A DNA stretch of 64,000 nucleotides from Macrostomum lignano (taxonomy: Eukaryota). Below, in pieces: positions 61,940 to 64,000 of this stretch (positions are counted from its first letter, which is position 1; every line of letters begins with the position of its first letter). The DNA is taken from contig NIVC01000337.1 in the NCBI GenBank assembly GCA_002269645.1, positions 743,207-807,206 of the forward strand, given 5' to 3'. Under the pieces are notes generated by a model that saw nothing but the letters and a program-made list of their open reading frames with translations, made no database searches and was not told the origin of the DNA. The position numbers were made by a program, and so were the translations under genes.

Positions 61940-62467
61940 TCAAGCAGTGCTCAGCTGAGCATGCCTCGCCAGCAGGCGGTGATAGAGCTCGACTCGCTTG
62001 ACCTCGGCAATGAGCAGCAGAGCCTGGCTGTACCGGTCAGCGCTGCCGTCGCCGCCTCCGCCGCCTCCCAGCATGAACTCCCTCAGCCAGCGCAGGTGGT
62101 CCGCGTGGTAAGCCTTGAACAGCCTCTGATCGTTGGCCTGCCGCAGTGTGTTGAAGTCGGGCCGATAGAAGTACACGCCGAGCAGGATCATCGCGCCCAC
62201 GCCCAGCCGGCCGGAGAACACCACCTGCAGCTGCTCGTACAGGCGGGTCATCGAACTCACCAGGGCTACCACGTCTGAGGCAGCCAGCAGCGGGCGCTCG
62301 CCGATGATCAGATCGCTGAACAGGCCGGCAACTAACTGGGACAGCGCTTGTCTGGCCTCTGCCGGCCGAGAGCCGCCCGCGATTGCCGCGGCGGCGGTGA
62401 CCATCTGGCCGCTGAGCCGCTGGTAGTTCAGCGAGCGCATCAGAGCGCACAGGCCGCCGAGTTTCTC
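61940..62467 (-). CDS. Terminal exon of a nuclear-receptor ligand-binding-domain-like protein
   Basis: Acceptor CTTGCAG|GAG at 62467, GC-rich codon use. ILLGVYFYRPDFNTL..LFKAYHADHLRWLREFM..DRYSQALLLIAEVKRVELYH matches the LBD helix 8-11 pattern (LL.AI.LF.PD..L; Y...L..Y; RF..LL..L..LR). Upstream exons were not found in the window. Confidence 0.6.
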   Translation of the reverse strand, partial: EKLGGLCALMRSLNYQRLSGQMVTAAAAIAGGSRPAEARQALSQLVAGLFSDLIIGERPLLAASDVVALVSSMTRLYEQLQVVFSGRLGVGAMILLGVYFYRPDFNTLRQANDQRLFKAYHADHLRWLREFMLGGGGGGDGSADRYSQALLLIAEVKRVELYHRLLARHAQLSTA

Positions 62468-62529
62468 CTGCAAGTTTTTGGTCTTTCTTGAAGCTTTTGA
62501 TTATGCGTCTCTATTAGGAGTCGATTGCG

Positions 62530-63170
62530 TGCTTGAGTGTTTTCTGTGTTTATGAATGTGCTCTACTGGGTAGCTTGAGTGTTTTCTGTATTTATGAAGG
62601 TGCTCTACTGGGTAGCTTGAGTGTTTTCTGTGTTTATGAATGTGCTCTACTGGGTAGCTTGAGTGTTTTCTGTGTTTATGAATGTGCTCTACTGGGTAGC
62701 TTGAGTGTTTTCTGTGTTTATGAATGTGCTCTACTGGGTAGCTTGAGTGTTTTCTGTATTTATGAAGGTGCTCTACTGGGTAGCTTGAGTGTTTTCTGTG
62801 TTTATGAATGTGCTCTACTGGGTAGCTTGAGTGTTTTCTGTGTTTATGAATGTGCTCTACTGGGTAGCTTGAGTGTTTTCTGTGTTTATGAATGTGCTCT
62901 ACTGGGTAGCTTGAGTGTTTACTGTGTTTATGAGTGTGCTCTACTGGGTAGCTTGAGTGTTTACTGTGTTTATGAGTGTGCTCTACTGGGTAGCTTGTGT
63001 GTTACTGTGTTTATGAGTGTGTTCTACTGGTAGCTTGAGTGTTTACTGTGTTTATGAATGTGCTCTACTGGGTAGCTTGAGTGTTTTCTGTGTTTATGAA
63101 TGTGCTCTACTGAGTAGCTTGAGTGTTTATTGTGTTTATGAATGTGCTCTTCTAGGTAGCGTGAGTGTTT
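62530..63170. repeat. Minisatellite, 42-bp unit CTTGAGTGTTTTCTGTGTTTATGAATGTGCTCTACTGGGTAG
   Basis: About 15 copies in the intron upstream of the LBD exon. Confidence 0.96.
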
Positions 63171-63709
63171 CCTGACTGGCTATCCTGTATTGAACTGGTT
63201 GGGTATTTAGGAGTTAAACAAAATAGAAGGTTTCAAACCAAGCATTGAGGTTCACGCCATTTCTCTCACACGCCTTTTCATTCAGATCGGGGCTCGCAGA
63301 CCTGCGCATAAATTGCTGCTTTGATTTTTAATTTCAGATAAATGCTCTCAGAAACACCTGTTCTCTTCTAATCGCAATGTTTACTAGCGAATCTTCTCGA
63401 AGGCTCCTGACTATAATTTGAATGAAAACAGCCGCTCTTTGCTGCGAGGCTTTTAATTAGTCGACAAAAAATTGCAGCTTTGAGGCCACTCGAGTGGTGC
63501 ACGCAGGTTGGCTGCTTTGATTGATTTTGGATGGCCAATTTCTGGATCTCTGCGATTCTCTACCTGCTTCGTGCGTCCTCAGCCAATTTGGGCTAATTTC
63601 TGGGATAAAAATAGGCTGTTTTCCATGGCGAGACAGTGAGGCTTGTTTACAGCAAATGTGACAGGGTTCTGCTTCGCATTCGCTGAGTTCTAACTCACGT
63701 CGCACTCAA

Positions 63710-64000
63710 ACGGACCCCTCTCAGTTTGAGACACTCAGGTGGGGGCAACTGACCCCTCTCAGTGTGGGCACACGGGTGTGGGCAGCTGACCCTCTCAGTG
63801 TGAGGCACTCGGGTGGGGGCAGCTGACCCCTCTCTGTGTGAGGCACTCGGGTGGGGCAGCTGACCTCCCTCGAGTTGAGATCTCAGGTGGGGGCAACTGA
63901 CCCTCTTCAGTTTGAGACCCTCAGGTGGGGACAACTGACCCCTCTCAGTTTGAGACCCTCAGGTGGGGGCAACTGACCCCTCTCAGTTTGAGACCCTCAG
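63710..64000. repeat. Minisatellite, about 38-bp unit AACTGACCCCTCTCAGTTTGAGACCCTCAGGTGGGGGC
   Basis: About 8 copies, running off the window edge. Confidence 0.92.

Noticed and set aside
63600-63705. EPCHICCKQASLSRHG on the minus strand, resembling the start of a nuclear receptor DNA-binding domain
   Set aside because: No second CxxC (P-box), and it lies just downstream of a GTGAGT donor-like site, so it is probably intronic and coincidental.

Overview
Eukaryotic (animal) genomic DNA: GC-rich exons, GT-AG introns, and a different minisatellite in almost every intron and intergenic gap. The architecture and gene content fit a flatworm such as Macrostomum (inference). Gene models built by hand with splice-phase checks: two tandem CUB + C-type-lectin + TM receptor paralogs (-), a six-exon beta-catenin/armadillo paralog lacking the N-terminal phosphodegron (-), a three-exon orphan gene (-), a Na+/K+-ATPase beta-subunit gene that degenerates after exon 2 (-), five-exon INTS11 (+), intronless MND1 (+), an intronless PH+GLTP gene (FAPP2/PLEKHA8-like) broken by six same-direction -1 frameshifts (+), and the last exon of a nuclear-receptor-like gene (-). 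Mobile DNA: a defective D34D mariner, three copies of a tRNA-headed CORE-like SINE, a long-TIR Tc1/mariner-type MITE, a hAT-type MITE with an 8-bp TSD, and a probable Helitron end. The main leads are: (1) a signal-peptide exon with no ATG that sits in frame with a 3' splice site, so an AUG-ending spliced leader could supply its start codon; (2) an isolated 28S rRNA fragment matching the R2 retrotransposon target site inside an INTS11 intron; (3) the degron-less catenin; (4) minisatellite unit lengths clustered near multiples of the helical repeat, with a shared CAATGTACAC core ahead of candidate trans-splice acceptors; (5) direct sequence evidence of CpG decay. Most long ORFs in the supplied track are repeat artefacts. 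No database searches were run; family assignments rest on motif recognition.
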